A stretch of 64,000 nucleotides of DNA from Chiloscyllium plagiosum (lineage: Eukaryota), in contig NC_057719.1 of the NCBI RefSeq assembly GCF_004010195.1, positions 26,936,418-27,000,417 of the forward strand, in the 5' to 3' direction. This document shows positions 48,880 through 62,219 of this stretch, piece by piece. The translations under genes were made by a program, and so were the position numbers. Each line of letters opens with the position of its first letter. Positions within the stretch are counted from its first letter, which is position 1. The notes beneath the pieces are model-generated. The model saw only the letters and a list, made by a program, of their open reading frames with translations. It did not search any database and was not told the DNA's origin.

Positions 48880-50900
48880 CAATTTCTGAATCCATAACAT
48901 TAATAATAAAGTAAACTCATTGATAGCACACATTTAAATAATAAAATATGAATTGATAGCCATTATGGATACATGATTCATGTTGGCCAAGGATTAGGTG
49001 CTGAATAATGAAGGGCATAGGAAAGTAGGTTAAGGTCACAATATTAACTAAGGATGACATTGCTATAGTATTTAGAGATGACCTTGCTTTAAGAGATCAG
49101 CATATGAAATTTGTTTGAGTAGAAGTGAATAGTAGGGGGAAAAGGTACTAGTGGGAGTGGGCTACAGGCCTCCTAGCAGTAAAGCAAAGTGTACAAGAAA
49201 AAATATTGGATGCTTGTGATAAAGGGACATGTAATCGTGAGTGATTTTTATCTACATATGAACTGAAAAAAATTCACTTTGGCATTTATAACATGGATGA
49301 GGAATTCATAGACTGCTTTTGAGAGAGTTTCTTAGCGCAACTGAAGAGAGAGCAGGTTGTGTTAGGCATCGTTATCTCAGATTTAAAGGCATCCCAATGT
49401 GGGCATGAAAGCTGAACCAGTTGAAGTGACCCGCAATACTAGGCTAGAGGATAGATACATAGAGATGCAGTGACAGACATTTAAATGAATTTTTGATAAT
49501 ATAAAGAAAAGTGCTGTGGGAAGGGCCTGTGTTTAATGCGAGAACTTGAGAATAGCATCAAACTTAAAGAAAAAGCTTGAAATTGCACAAAGTTGAGGAG
49601 CAGGACTGCTGGTCGGATATTTTACAGTGTGGGAAATCAGGGTATAGGTTGTAACATATTGGCATGGATAGAAGGCTGACCGAAAACAGAGACTGTGCAT
49701 AAAAGATTCTTTATCTGATTGGCAGGATGAGATGAACACGTTCCTGCAAGGAGAAAATGCTGGAAAATCTCAGCAGGTCTGGCAGCATCTTTAAGGAGAG
49801 AAAAGAGCTGACGTTTCGAGTATAACTGACCCTTTGTCGAAGCTTTGACAAAGGGTCAGTTAGATTCGAAACGTCAGCTCTTTTGTCTCCGTACAGATGC
49901 TGCCAGATTTGCTGAGATTTTCCAGCATTTTCTCTTTTGGTTTCAGATTCCAGCATCTGCAGTAATTTGCTTTTATTAGGTTCCTGCAAGTGTCTATTCC
50001 TGCAGCCTCAGCTTATTACAACTTGATTCAATAATGTAGATGAGGGGAGCAAAGGTATGGTAGCTAAATTTGCAGATGACACAAAACTAAGTTGGAAAGT
50101 ATGTTGTAAAGACATAACGAGTTTGCAGATGGACATAAATAAATTCATTAACAGGCAAAAGTCTTACAGATGAGGTATAATGCAGGAAAATATTAAATTA
50201 TTCTTTTTGGCCGGAAGAATGGAGAATGACTATAGAATTCCAAAGTGTTTAGTGCGTTAGTCAGAAAAATAAGCATGCTGGTATAGCAAGTAACTAAGGA
50301 AGTTAAGCTGATGCTTCCTTGTATTACAAGTGGACCTAAACCTAAAAGTAAGTATATTATGCTTAAGTGAGAAAGAGCATTGATGAAACCACATATCAAA
50401 TGTGCAGTTTTGGTTTGTTTATTAAGAAAGTATGTAAATGCAGTTCAGAGGAGGTTTACTGGATTGATAACTGGAATGAGTGGATTGTCTAATGAGAAAG
50501 GTTGGACAAAGAGGGCTTGTTTTCACTGGAGTTTAGTAGAGTGAGGCATTACTTGGTATATAAGATCTTGACTGACCTTGATGAGGCCAATTTAGAAAGG
50601 ATGTTTCCTCTTGTGGGTCAGTCCAGAGCTAGGGGACACCGTTTCAAATCTAGAGGTCAACTTCTGGACAGAGTTGATGAGCATATTTTTTTGCTCAGTG
50701 GGTTGTGCAGCTTTGGAACTCTGACTAGACACGGTCATTGAACATTCTTAAGATGAAGGTAGATAAATACCTGTTCGGCAGTGGAATCAAAGGCTATCAG
50801 GGTAAATGTGGAAATTAAAACAGTTACAGAACAACCTTTACTTTCTTGAATGGTGCAATAAGTCCTGGGGGTGAAGAGCTTACTTTGGTTCCTGAGTCAT
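48880..50900 (+). mobile_element. Long, heavily decayed CR1 LINE
   Basis: Residual endonuclease-region and RT segments (aaatttgcagatgacacaaaa, gttcagaggaggtttact). It hosts the foldback insertion at 49751-49979. Boundaries are approximate. Confidence 0.6.
49751..49979 (+). mobile_element. Foldback insertion with an 11-bp TSD
   Basis: TSD gttcctgcaag at 49740-49750 and 49980-49990; about 90-bp arms form a near-perfect palindrome centred on aagctt at 49840-49845. Confidence 0.85.
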
Positions 50901-51489
50901 ATAATTGTATGTTTTTGATTTGATTTGATTTATTGTTGTCACATATACCAAGGTACAGTGAAAAGTATTGTTTTGCGTGCTACACAGGCAGATCATACCG
51001 TACAAAAGTGCATCAGGTAGCAGAACAGAGTTCAGAATACAGTGTTAGAGCCATCAAATGCTGATGTTTTAAATATATAATTCATTCCTCTGATGTTGGA
51101 GTTGCTGGCTGGACCAGTATATATTGCCCAACCCTAGTTGTCCTTGAGAATCTGGTGATGAGCTGCCATCTTGAATCACTGCAGTCCATTGATGTAGATA
51201 CAATGCTAATGTGGTAGGAATTCGAGAATTTTCATCCAGCGACACTGAAGGAATGGCGCCATATTTCCAAGTCAGGATGGTGAGTTGTTTGGAGGGGAAC
51301 TTTCAGGTGGTGGTATCTTCAGCTCTTGTCACTCTGCATTGTAGTAGAGGTCATGAATTTAGAGTATGCTGTCTGAGGAGATTTGATGAATTTCTGCAGT
51401 GCATCTTGTAGATAGTACACACTGCTGCTACCGATCATCATTGGTGATGGGAGTGAATATTTGTGGATGTGATGCTGCTGACTCCTAGC

Positions 51490-51970
51490 TCTCTTGCTGA
51501 TAGTCTTGAAATTGTGACTCCTAGTTACTGATAGACCAACTATTGAAAACCAAATATCCTTTTTTATTCTGTCAAACTTGTTCATAAGTTTGAACACCTC
51601 AATAAGGTCACCTCATAAGCTTCTCTACTTTAAGGAGAATAAGTCCAATTTTATTAATCTTTCCTTGTATCTAAAATCCTTCAATCCTGATGTTATTCTA
51701 TAAACTCCTTTGAACTCTCTCCATGACCTTAACATCCTTCCTTATGTAAGGTGCCCAGACCACATTCTTCCAAATATGGTCTCAACAATGATTTGGCAAG
51801 GAGTAATATCACTTCCTTGCTTATATACTCTCTGTCTATATTTATAAACCCAAGTATCCTGCAAGTCATCTTAACAACTTCAACTTGCCTGGTCACCTGC
51901 AGAGAATCATGCACATGAACTCCAAGACCATTTTGCTCCTGCACTCCCCTCAAAGTTGTACCATTGAGCC
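51490..51970 (-). mobile_element. Decayed CR1 fragment
   Basis: Minus-strand LGVHVHDSL..LLRPYLEEC. Confidence 0.7.
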
Positions 51971-52703
51971 CATACTGCGTCTGTGTTTCTGTGCACCTCT
52001 GTCTTTGTTCTTCTACAAAGGGGCAAGGTATTCAGTGAGGTTCATTATTGAGGGCGTCCCAAAGTCACTTTGTTACAAACAGGGTTGGAGGGGGGAGGTG
52101 ATTGGATGTGGAATGGACAGGACTGAACCAACCTCTGAGCTGTTCCTAAATGGCCTGACCTAGGAAAGCAGAGTCTTAGCTGGAAATGCAATTTTTCAAC
52201 TTGCATAATTAGTTTAAGTACATCCGTGTCCCTTAGAAGCTGTAGGCCTAAAGTCATTAGAATAAAATAAATGATATTCCTAAAAAATGTTAGTACTTTC
52301 TCCTTAGAAACTCTTACTTCATATAGTCTTTATCATGGCATAAAATGTCCTACCTAGAATAATCTTACCTCATTGGTTGTAATTTCTACAAAGTATCTAG
52401 AGATTTTTACAATTTTGAAACTTATCTAAAAATCGTAGCACAAGTGATTTTCCCTTTCCTGGTCACTTGGAGCTTCTGATTTCCCTTTGCTATTGTTTCC
52501 ATGTTCTCTATCTCTCCAAGAACCTACCCCTCCTGTTTCCTGTGTTTCTGTTTTGCCCATTCAAGCCCTGGTATCTTGATTTCACCTGCCTCTCTTCTGG
52601 TGTATCTCCCACTCATATCCATAGCAGTTTAACATTTTCCCAGAGTTGTTTTCAATCTGCCTTCCCTTTCCAATCTTTCCTTAGCTGGCTCAAACTGCCA
52701 ACA

Positions 52704-52888
52704 TCCAAAGATGTGCAGGCTATGTAGATTGGCAACCCTAAATTGCCCCATAGTATCCAGGGAATTGCAGGTTAGGTGGATTAGCCATGGTAAAATTTGG
52801 GGATAGGATGGGATGCTGTACGGAGGGATGGTGCAGATCAGATAGGCTGAATGGCCTCTATCAGCACTGTAAGGATTCTATGATTCTA
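52704..52888 (+). mobile_element. 5'-truncated HE1-type SINE
   Basis: tccaaagatgtgcagg...ggattctatgattcta tail. Confidence 0.7.
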
Positions 52889-54284
52889 AAACATTCCATT
52901 CTCTCATGATTGTTCTATCTTACCTTCCATTATACATCCTGTAACTTCACGTTAAGGTCAAGAAGAGGAAGATGGTGTCTGACCTAGCATTATCCATGGA
53001 ACTGAAAGCAACCATTGGAATTTTCCATGTAAATTAAATTTTATTTTACAATCTGCAAGATTACCTGAGTTCTTGATATAATAAACTGGCTCAAATGTGA
53101 AAACATTCAATGAGATTTTTATATGTTAAAATATCTTTGTTAGAGAAAGAAAAATCTAAATTTAGATTTCAGGTTTAAAGCAATAAAACTTTTGTTGCCC
53201 AGAATTATCATCTTTATACATGAATTATCATTTATAGATGGTAATGTTTTTATTTTGTTAAATTTAGGCTTCTTCAGATTTTGAAATTTTTTCCCCTGCA
53301 GCATCTAATTAAGTTTAGTATTTACCATATTTCCTGATCCCTGACATAAAAACTTTCAGACTTCAGGCATTGGTGAGTTATTTTGTCCATGCTGATTTTG
53401 ATTGATTTTGCTTTAAAATTAATTAGCAGACATTAAGTTGATGGCTTGTTTCAGCATTATTTGAAGTGACTTCCATTGATTCCACCTTATTAAGAAATTA
53501 AAGTTTTCATATCCTCCCCACCGACTAAGGATTTTGAAGCATGTTCATTACATTAGGATTAATATTAGACTATTACTCTGTCAAAAAACTTTATTTCCAC
53601 TGTTGCATCAATTACACAATGGACTTAGAATGAATTAAATGTTTAAATTTGACAAGTAGTTCTTTTCCATGGGCACTCCATAATTCATACAGAGCCCTAT
53701 AATGTACATATTGCTGATGTCCAGTATTTTGAGTGAAAGAATGTAAACGTTTGTAAATATAATTTTTTACCAGTTCACTGGAACATTCAAAAGCTAGTCA
53801 GCCTCAAGTACTGTTTGATAGACATAGAAAATCAAATATAATACACCAAATTGCTCAACACTTTTTAAAATGGTTCTGCTGTCATCGATAAAGCAGTTTA
53901 CTTACCACTAATGATTTGCAATAATTTAAAGTCATTTTAGCAGACAGATGTCGAGCTTATGGAACAAGTTGTGGATTTTTATTTATAGTGAAACTGCTGG
54001 ATGTGTTAGCTGGCAGATGGAATGCAAGTAACTCAAAATAAATTGGTAATGTATCTGTTCTCACCTTAGAAAATAAAGCAATTATTTCTAACATTATTGT
54101 AGTCTGCTATTATGGCCTGTGAAAACATTTACAAGCTACAAAATCATATGATTTTGCTCATGTTTTAGCTTGATTAGATTGTATGAAAACATTTGATTCT
54201 TATGAGAACATTTTGTATTTAGCCATAGCATAAAGGAAACCAATGAAACAAAAGGATTTTCTTATAATTTGCTTCTTTAACAGA

Positions 54285-54710
54285 AAGCTTTATGAGGAAA
54301 GGATAGGAAGACTAGGTTGGTGTTGTCTGGAGTTAAAAGAGTCAGAGGTGACTTAATTGAAACATATAAGATCTTTTCGGGGAAGTTGAAAGTATGTTTC
54401 TCAAGAGAATCTAGAACCAGAGGTTGTAGATTAAAGATAAGGGTCACGGATTTAAGACAGAGATGAGGAAACATTATTTCTCTTAGAGGGTTGAGAGTCT
54501 TCGGATTACTCTGTCTCAAAAGGCAGAGGATGCAGAATCTTTAAATATTTTTAAGGTTAAGGCATACCGATTTTTGATTGTCAGGGATATACAGGAATGT
54601 AGTGTTCACATTAATATCAGATCAGCTATGATGCTATTGAAGGGCGGAGTAGGCTCGAAAAACTGAGTGGCCTATCCTTATTCTTGCTCATACGCTCGGA
54701 TGTATGTTTG
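54285..54710 (+). mobile_element. Decayed CR1 3' end
   Basis: ggtgacttaattgaaacatataagat...ttctcttagagggttg. Confidence 0.65.
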
Positions 54711-54930
54711 CCCTGGTTAAATATTATTTTCCATCTTAAGGGCATTGTCAATAATTGCATCTATCATACTTTAGGAGAAACATAAACCTTAATTTGTGGT
54801 CTCAGTTTTGTGAAAGCAATGAGCAGAATTAAAACTGGGATGGAGGCTAGAAAACTAACCTCATCTCTTGCAGTGGCCACATCTGGGAGGCCTGTTCAAA
54901 TTTAATTCCACTCAAGCACTGACCCGATCA

Positions 54931-55173
54931 GTAAAAAAACACAAATTGCTGGAGAAACTCAGCAGGTCTGTCAGCGCCTGCAGAGAGAAAATAGAGTCAG
55001 TAATTTCGGGTCCAATGATTTTTCTTCAGAACTGATATGCTGATGAAGGATCTCTGGACCGGAAATGTCAACTTTGCTCTCTCCCCACAGATGCTGATCG
55101 ACATGCTGAGTTTCTCCAGCAATTTCTGTCTTCGCTTCAGATTTCCAGCATCCACAGTTCTCGGTTTTACATT
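54931..55173 (+). mobile_element. Foldback insertion related to 49751-49979, with a degenerate TSD
   Basis: Inverted arms span 54943-55125; CTGATGA at 55040; flanks actgacccgatca and actaacctgatca match at 11 of 13 positions. Confidence 0.7.
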
Positions 55174-58100
55174 ACTAACCTGATCATTGTTGGCTTTCCC
55201 AGTTTATGTGAAGGGAGTTCCTCTCCGCAAATCCAGTTGGAAGGTGTCCTGTCTCTGAGATCTCAGAAGAGGCCAGTGGGTCTTTTGTACCTGCAGTGCC
55301 ACTGAGAGTGGCGGAAACTGCCTGTACTGCAGTGTGGCCAACATTGCACTCACCTCAAGAGTATGGGTGATATGGGGTAGGATCATACGGGCAACATTCT
55401 GGGAATTTGAAGAATCAAGGGGATCTAACTCTGGGTCCATCCATTTCTGCCGGCAGGTTCATCCACTGGATTTCCCAGTAAGGAGAGGCTACGGGTTAAA
55501 TACTAGTGATAGTGGAATGAAACCCTTAAAGTGGGTTTTTTTTTATACCCTGTAGCAATGCAAAAGGTAGGAAAGGCAGCAGGATCTCCAAACCTGCTTC
55601 TGGAAGAGGCATTAAATTCCACCCAAAATGTACTAATAACAACATGCAGCAGAAAGTATCATGAAATAATTTTCCAAATCTGAGAGAATTACTTGCCTTC
55701 TGTTTTTCTATTTCAAAGGAGAAATGGTGTTCAGAGAATTTTATAAAACAGCAGCCTACTTACTTTCCCACTGGAAAATCATTTTTAAGGAACCTGGTTT
55801 TTTGCAATTCATGTGATTAATTTAAATTACTTAAGTAATTTAGTAAGGATCTGAGGTTGAAAAATTCAATAACTCAGTTAATCAAGAGTAGAAGACTAAT
55901 GGGATAAAGCCAAGATTATCAGAGACAGATATTGAAAAGCTCCTTGCCATCATCATTATTAAATACTTCAGGGATTGTGCGCTGATCTGATGTTACTTAG
56001 CATACATGACTGTTAGATTCAAAGCTATGTGCTAAAGTGCTATGTGTTTCTTGTCTCTGAACTTATCTTTGAGTTATTTATTGTAGAGTCAGCATGAGTG
56101 CACAAGGGCATTGGTTGCTTGTGGCGACAAGATTATTTCACATGGTTAGAAAAATGCATTAATGTAAAATAGTTTGACAGCAAAGTTACAATAACTTATT
56201 TCACCACTTCTTTCTCTAGGCAAATATGCTGACTGTTCTACATGCTGTCAATTATAATCAAGATACAATAAAATTCCGATTTCTGGGAGTCCATGCTTTA
56301 GCCGCAGTAAAGACTGCTACAAGCTTAATAGTACAAGAAAAGATCTTGACAGATCCTGCATTCAATGCAGATTCCAAACATGCTAATTCAATCTTTTCAA
56401 GATATGACCATCATTACCTGCCTTAGTTTACTGTTTACCAAGAGGAAAATTCTGTAGTCAGTTTACTGGTTTGTGCACTTTTTAATGCAATGTCACGGAT
56501 TTTGTACTTGACAACTTCATAGTTTCTTTTCTCGTCAGACATGGAGGGTACTTTTGACATTTTCATCCAGTTACCGACTAATATTGCAATTCAAGCACAT
56601 AATAACAGTTTCCAAATATAACTTCTAATAACAGGTCTGTATCCATGCCATATGACTCTATGATGATATGACTTCCAATCACCTTTAAAAATGCTGTCAC
56701 CAAGAGTTAGACTTCATTCTGTTTGAAGTTTTGAAGATTACTATATCTTTGCACTGTGGGAGCGGAATGCAGTAAGGGCAGAAAGCATTGAGAAAGAAAA
56801 ATACACATTTAACTACAACCTTTTAAAGGTCTATGTAGGACACCCCACTTCCCAGTTTGCATGTTCCTTAAGCCTTAAGTCCCAGAAGAATTTTCACGAA
56901 ATAGTGAAGTTTACAGAACTCAACAAATTGGAAAATGTATTTGAAAATATTAGTGACTTTAACTAATAAGGACTACATATAATATTCAATGTTCTGTGAG
57001 TCAATAATTCTTTATTTTTAACAGTATCAGAAAATAATTCAGAATTTGATTATTTTTAACCATGTTTGAAATCATATGTGATCCTTTCAAATCTTTAGTC
57101 AAAACCATATATCAGTGGCTTTGAATTTATTCCCTCCCTGTGGTTCAGAGTTGCACTAAACACGTAGGTTTCTATTGAAGTTCTGCCACTGTGTTAGTGA
57201 TAGAGGATCCTCCTTAGGTTGTCAGTGGACCCCGAGAAGGCACATTTCCTGCAGCAACCAATTAAGCCAGATTATTCCAATTCAAGTCAGCAACCTGATC
57301 CCAAATCTGCTGGCTCAATTAGAGACTGCAGCGCAGCAGCAACTTCAGATGTAATACCAGGTAGAGCTGAAGCATTGACTGCATGGAGCGGGTGCCTCAC
57401 TGGCCAGGAACCAGCGAAGAGGGTTAGGTGATGACATAGACATGCTGCAGGTCCCAATGTGGGATTCCAGGGAATGGGGAGAGGGAAACATTGGGGCAAA
57501 ATCCTATTGACTTTACAACTGGTTCTTAATTGGCCACTAAATTGGCTGATCTGTTAGCTTTCTCACAATTGGCAAAGTGATATGCCCAAGGAAGATACCA
57601 AAATGTCATCTTTTCCTGACCCCATGATTCTTTTCTGTGCCACTTTGCCAACCTCCACCTCTGCTATCCTGTTGCCAAAAAGCTGCTAAAATTCTAGCCT
57701 ATGGGTTCAATGTTACCTTTTTTTGGCGAATTGCACATTAGAAGTATTTTTTAGAGGGCTTCTTGCCGTGAGATCAGTAAGATGGCTCGTCATATCTTAC
57801 CAAATGTGCCTCACTAGCTGTCCATCACACCATTATGGAAACCCTCACATCCATTCCACCTCCATCTTACCACACACTATTCCTAGAACAATTTGCTACT
57901 CATTGGATAGACGCTGAAAGGCCTACATCACTAGTGCCTGTGCCATCTTTGAAAAGCTGCGGTGCACCCAGACAATCTAGTATTACTTATCCCTTACTGG
58001 CAACATTACAGCACAGTAATCACAAAGCCATGCCATGCTGCTCATGGCACATAGCCAGGTTGGCTGGCAATCCCTCACACATACAACTCCATCTTTCACC

Positions 58101-61100
58101 CTTGTTGCTATGTAACCACAAGGCCATGCAGTTTACCTGTTCTTAGTCATATCCCACCTAAACACCCTCTCTAGGACACAGCCACAGCATGCAGGTGGTT
58201 GCTGATTGTTAATGGGGTGAGGTGTGGTATTAATAAGGTATTTAACGAACAATTATATCCCTTAACTGGCATCTTACTGTTGCTTAGTGAGGGAATCACC
58301 TCTCCACTCAGCAAAAGCATAAAAGGTGGAACAATATTGCGATAGATCTTGCTGGACTTCTCATTTGATTCTTTCACAAATCTCACCATAACCACATCAC
58401 TCAGATCCCTATAACATTCCACCATATTATCTAATTGCTCACTCTTAGCTAGCTATCAGGCGCATATCAGACTTTGTCTTCAACAATACCAGATGGAAAG
58501 TATGCTCCACGTACCTAACTAAGATGACAGGAGTTTCTCACATTGGTATGTATACAAATCTGAGTCCTCTTTTGGCTAAAGGTGAAATGTGGAATGAAAC
58601 AAGCCTTTTACAGCTCTGTGAAACAGAGAAAACAATTCACCCTTCTGCTAATGTCGATGTTGCTGGAAAACATATGAAGACACCCCAGCACTGTCTACTC
58701 GGACTTTTAAAACAGTTTAAGAACCCAATCCATTTCTGGAAACTGCCTGGATACTGCCAAAACTAAGCTGCCCTTCTGGTATGGATCACTTTTCTTCTCT
58801 GAACTGGACTTACTTGTGGTGTGACCTCTTCCCATCTCTCCCTTTCTGGGTCATTAAAGCACAACTTCATAAACTCTTCAGCTGTTATTTTGTCAAGTAG
58901 CTTGATAAGTTATTTACTTTGTTGGAAATGCTATTCTGACTCACAGATAAAACAAGTCTTTGCCCTTAAAAAAATGGTTACCCTCACAGAACCACATACC
59001 CAAAAACAAATTATCCCTACCTATGACCCAAGTACCCAAATAATAGTGAAAAATTATGAACCTTTATTATAGTTCCCTTCTTTAAGAAAGGATAGAATTG
59101 GAGCAGTATTGCAAAGTTTCACTTGACTGATTCTGGGATGAGGAGAAATTATCTTATAAGGAAAGGTTGGACAGGTTGGCACTCTATCCATTGGAAATTA
59201 GAGGTAATCTTATTGTAAGATTTTAATTTTTACTTTAATTTAGTTAAGAGCCAAGTCAATTACAATTATAGACTGGGCCAATATAAAACTACTGTAAACA
59301 GACAGTAGTTCTACAGATGCCACATTATCCTGGTAGAGAGCTATGAAATTAGTAAGCTCCAATGATCAAGCTATCTTAAAAGGAACAAGATTGCCATTGC
59401 AAAGAACAATCAGGAAAAATAAACCAGTTAGGAATTGGTCACAAGCTGTTCAGCCAATTTGAGATTGATTATGTACTGTCCATGCATTCATAAGCCAATT
59501 AGAATTCAAGATGTCTCAGAACATGCACAGTGGGTATTGGCTAGCAAGTGTTAATAAATGATGACTCAGTGATTTAGCACAGTGAGATGACTGAAAAATA
59601 AACATACTCGACAAAAAAGAATAAGGCAAATGTGCTAAGTTAACCAGACGCATGAGCTGGTGTCCTAAAGTAATTTGAAAACCACATATTAAGTATAATT
59701 TCTGCATAAACTTAATAAAATGTATAAAACTTGTGAAAACATCAGTAACTGGAATATATCTACCAATCTGGATTTAGTAGAACTTAGTAGAACTTAGTCT
59801 ATAATTGTAATTGACTTAGGTCTTACAATTAAAGTTACAGTGAAACCTAAAATATGAAAGTAACTCCACATAAATGAAAACCACATTGTTTATGAAAGGT
59901 TCAAATTGCTACTTCCTGGAATGGATTATAATGAAAATCACTGACTGCACATTCATCAAGAATCCCACTAACTTCATCGAGATTCCAGTCACGTCCAATG
60001 CCTGAAGCATGATAATTGAAGAAGAATATATGACTGACTATAAACCGTGGAATAAAATGGAGTGTAAGATTAACAGTGTGAGCAGTGTGTTAGTGGATTT
60101 AGATTCAGTCTTCATTGGTCATACCCTATTTTAGTTCCCAGAACTAGCTTCATGGGTTTCTGAATGATATCTCATATTAATCAGAACTCCTGCATGCTCA
60201 CAGCAAGACACAATTTTTTGCAGGTTAGATTATGTGGGAACTTGCATCTGGTCAAATCATGAGATTGTGGTATGAATCATCAAGTATATCAACATCCTAA
60301 TATTAATCTCAAAACCAATGATACAAAATATCCATAGTGGCAAGCCACTTTGTTGAATTTAATTCTACATACAACACTGGTACTTCTTTATTTTTATACA
60401 GATTTTGTTTTATTAGGCTGATATCATACTACGTAACAGGCAGAGAACTTCAGTGGTTATGCGACTGGACTAAAACGTTTTGAAATTGAATTTGACAAGT
60501 CTGGTGCTATGTTAATTGCTGATTTGCTGCAAAAAGCCCAACTAGGTATTAATGTCCTTTAAAGATGTTCTGGCTGTCTGACCTACATGTGATGCTACTG
60601 ACAGTACGTGTTTAATTCTTAAAGTCTGCAAAAAAACTGGACAATAAATCCAGCCATATCAGCACTACTCATCCACATCCCAAAAATGAGTAAATCAATG
60701 TCAGTAGAACTGAAAGCAAACATTCTTTGTTTTGTATTCCCCAGTTTATCCAGTTGTGACAAATCTTGAGATCAATGTTAATTTGATTTCCTTTGGTCAA
60801 TTGTCAGCATACACAACAATTATAGAATGGCAGTATCTTTGGTGTTGATGCATCCATAAAAGTATCAGAATTAATGGAGAAATTGATCCAGTGCTTGATG
60901 TTGAGTACTTGGAAACTTAATTTGACATTAATTGAATCACACTATCAGGATCTTATGAAATGTTCAGGGTTGTATTGAATCACAAAACCATGCACTTTTA
61001 CAGTATAGGAGAAAGCTGATCAAATCTTATCATGCCTATATCAACTCATCTTCTTTTAATTATTTCATGAGATGTGAGAGTTGCTCATTCTTAGGACTAA

Positions 61101-61789
61101 ATTAGATGAACACATTGGTGTGCATTGTAGCTGAATTACTTCAGGATTACACACTAACCGAAGTAGGAAACCCAATGTATCTGAAAGTCTTCACTTCAGG
61201 AATATGCATAATACAAAACAAACTAGAACTGATTACTCTCTGTCGTATAAAGCCATCAATAATTGCCCATGCACAGGACGTTCTTTATCCAAACCTGCAT
61301 ATTTTATAATCATTCACTTGAAGGGTTCAAAATGAGACATGCTCCATTATGGGTGTGCAATCTATCCTGCTGATTTATTTGATGATCTTCACTCAGTCAA
61401 GGACACCATACCTCATGGTCTAATTGGACAATACTGTGAATGCAATTCTAATAGCAAATAATGATACATCATAGTGACAGGAGCAAATAAATATTTGTAC
61501 CATAAACAACATTCAAGATTTGGGGTCTGTCAGAGGATCATATTCATGAGTTGCATTTTCTGTGAAAGAAAATTGAGATACTTTGTGGAATCATTGAATC
61601 ACCAGCCCACCCAAAGGCCAATGTAGTCATTCCATCTGTGCCCAATCTTCACTGCAGCTATCCTCTCAGTCTCATTTCTCAAATATGTTCCCATAGCTCT
61701 TGATTACTCTCTGTTTTTGTCTTGAAAAGTAAGTGCAGCTTTTTTTCTCCTGTTTCAAAGTAACATTACTCAATATCTGTTGATTTCAG

Positions 61790-62219
61790 GGTATCAGCAG
61801 CCTGTTCAGCTCCCTGAAGGTTGTGCGCCTTTTAAGACTTGGCCGTGTTGCCAGGAAGCTGGACCATTATCTCGAATATGGTGCTGCCGTGCTGGTGCTG
61901 CTGGTGTGCGTTTTTGGATTAGTGGCTCATTGGCTTGCCTGCATTTGGTACAGTATCGGGGATTACGAGGTCATTGATGAAGTCACCAACAGAATAAAAA
62001 CAGACAGCTGGCTCTATCAACTGGGTCTAAGTATTGGAACACCCTACCATTTCAATGCCAGTGGCACCGGACAGTGGGAAGGGGGACCCACAAAAGATTC
62101 ATTGTACATATCTTCCCTTTATTTTACCATGACCAGCCTTACCACAATAGGATTTGGCAACATTGCTCCTACCACAGATGGGGAGAAGATATTTTCTGTG
62201 GCTATGATGATGGTTGGCT
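61790..62219 (+). CDS. KCNH5: KCNH5 internal coding exon: S4 voltage sensor, S5, pore and start of S6
   Basis: tttcag acceptor, [34 protein letters not shown]..., EAG-family filter TTIGFGN, then ...MMMVG and a gtaagt donor. The exon is 430 nt. Confidence 0.97.
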
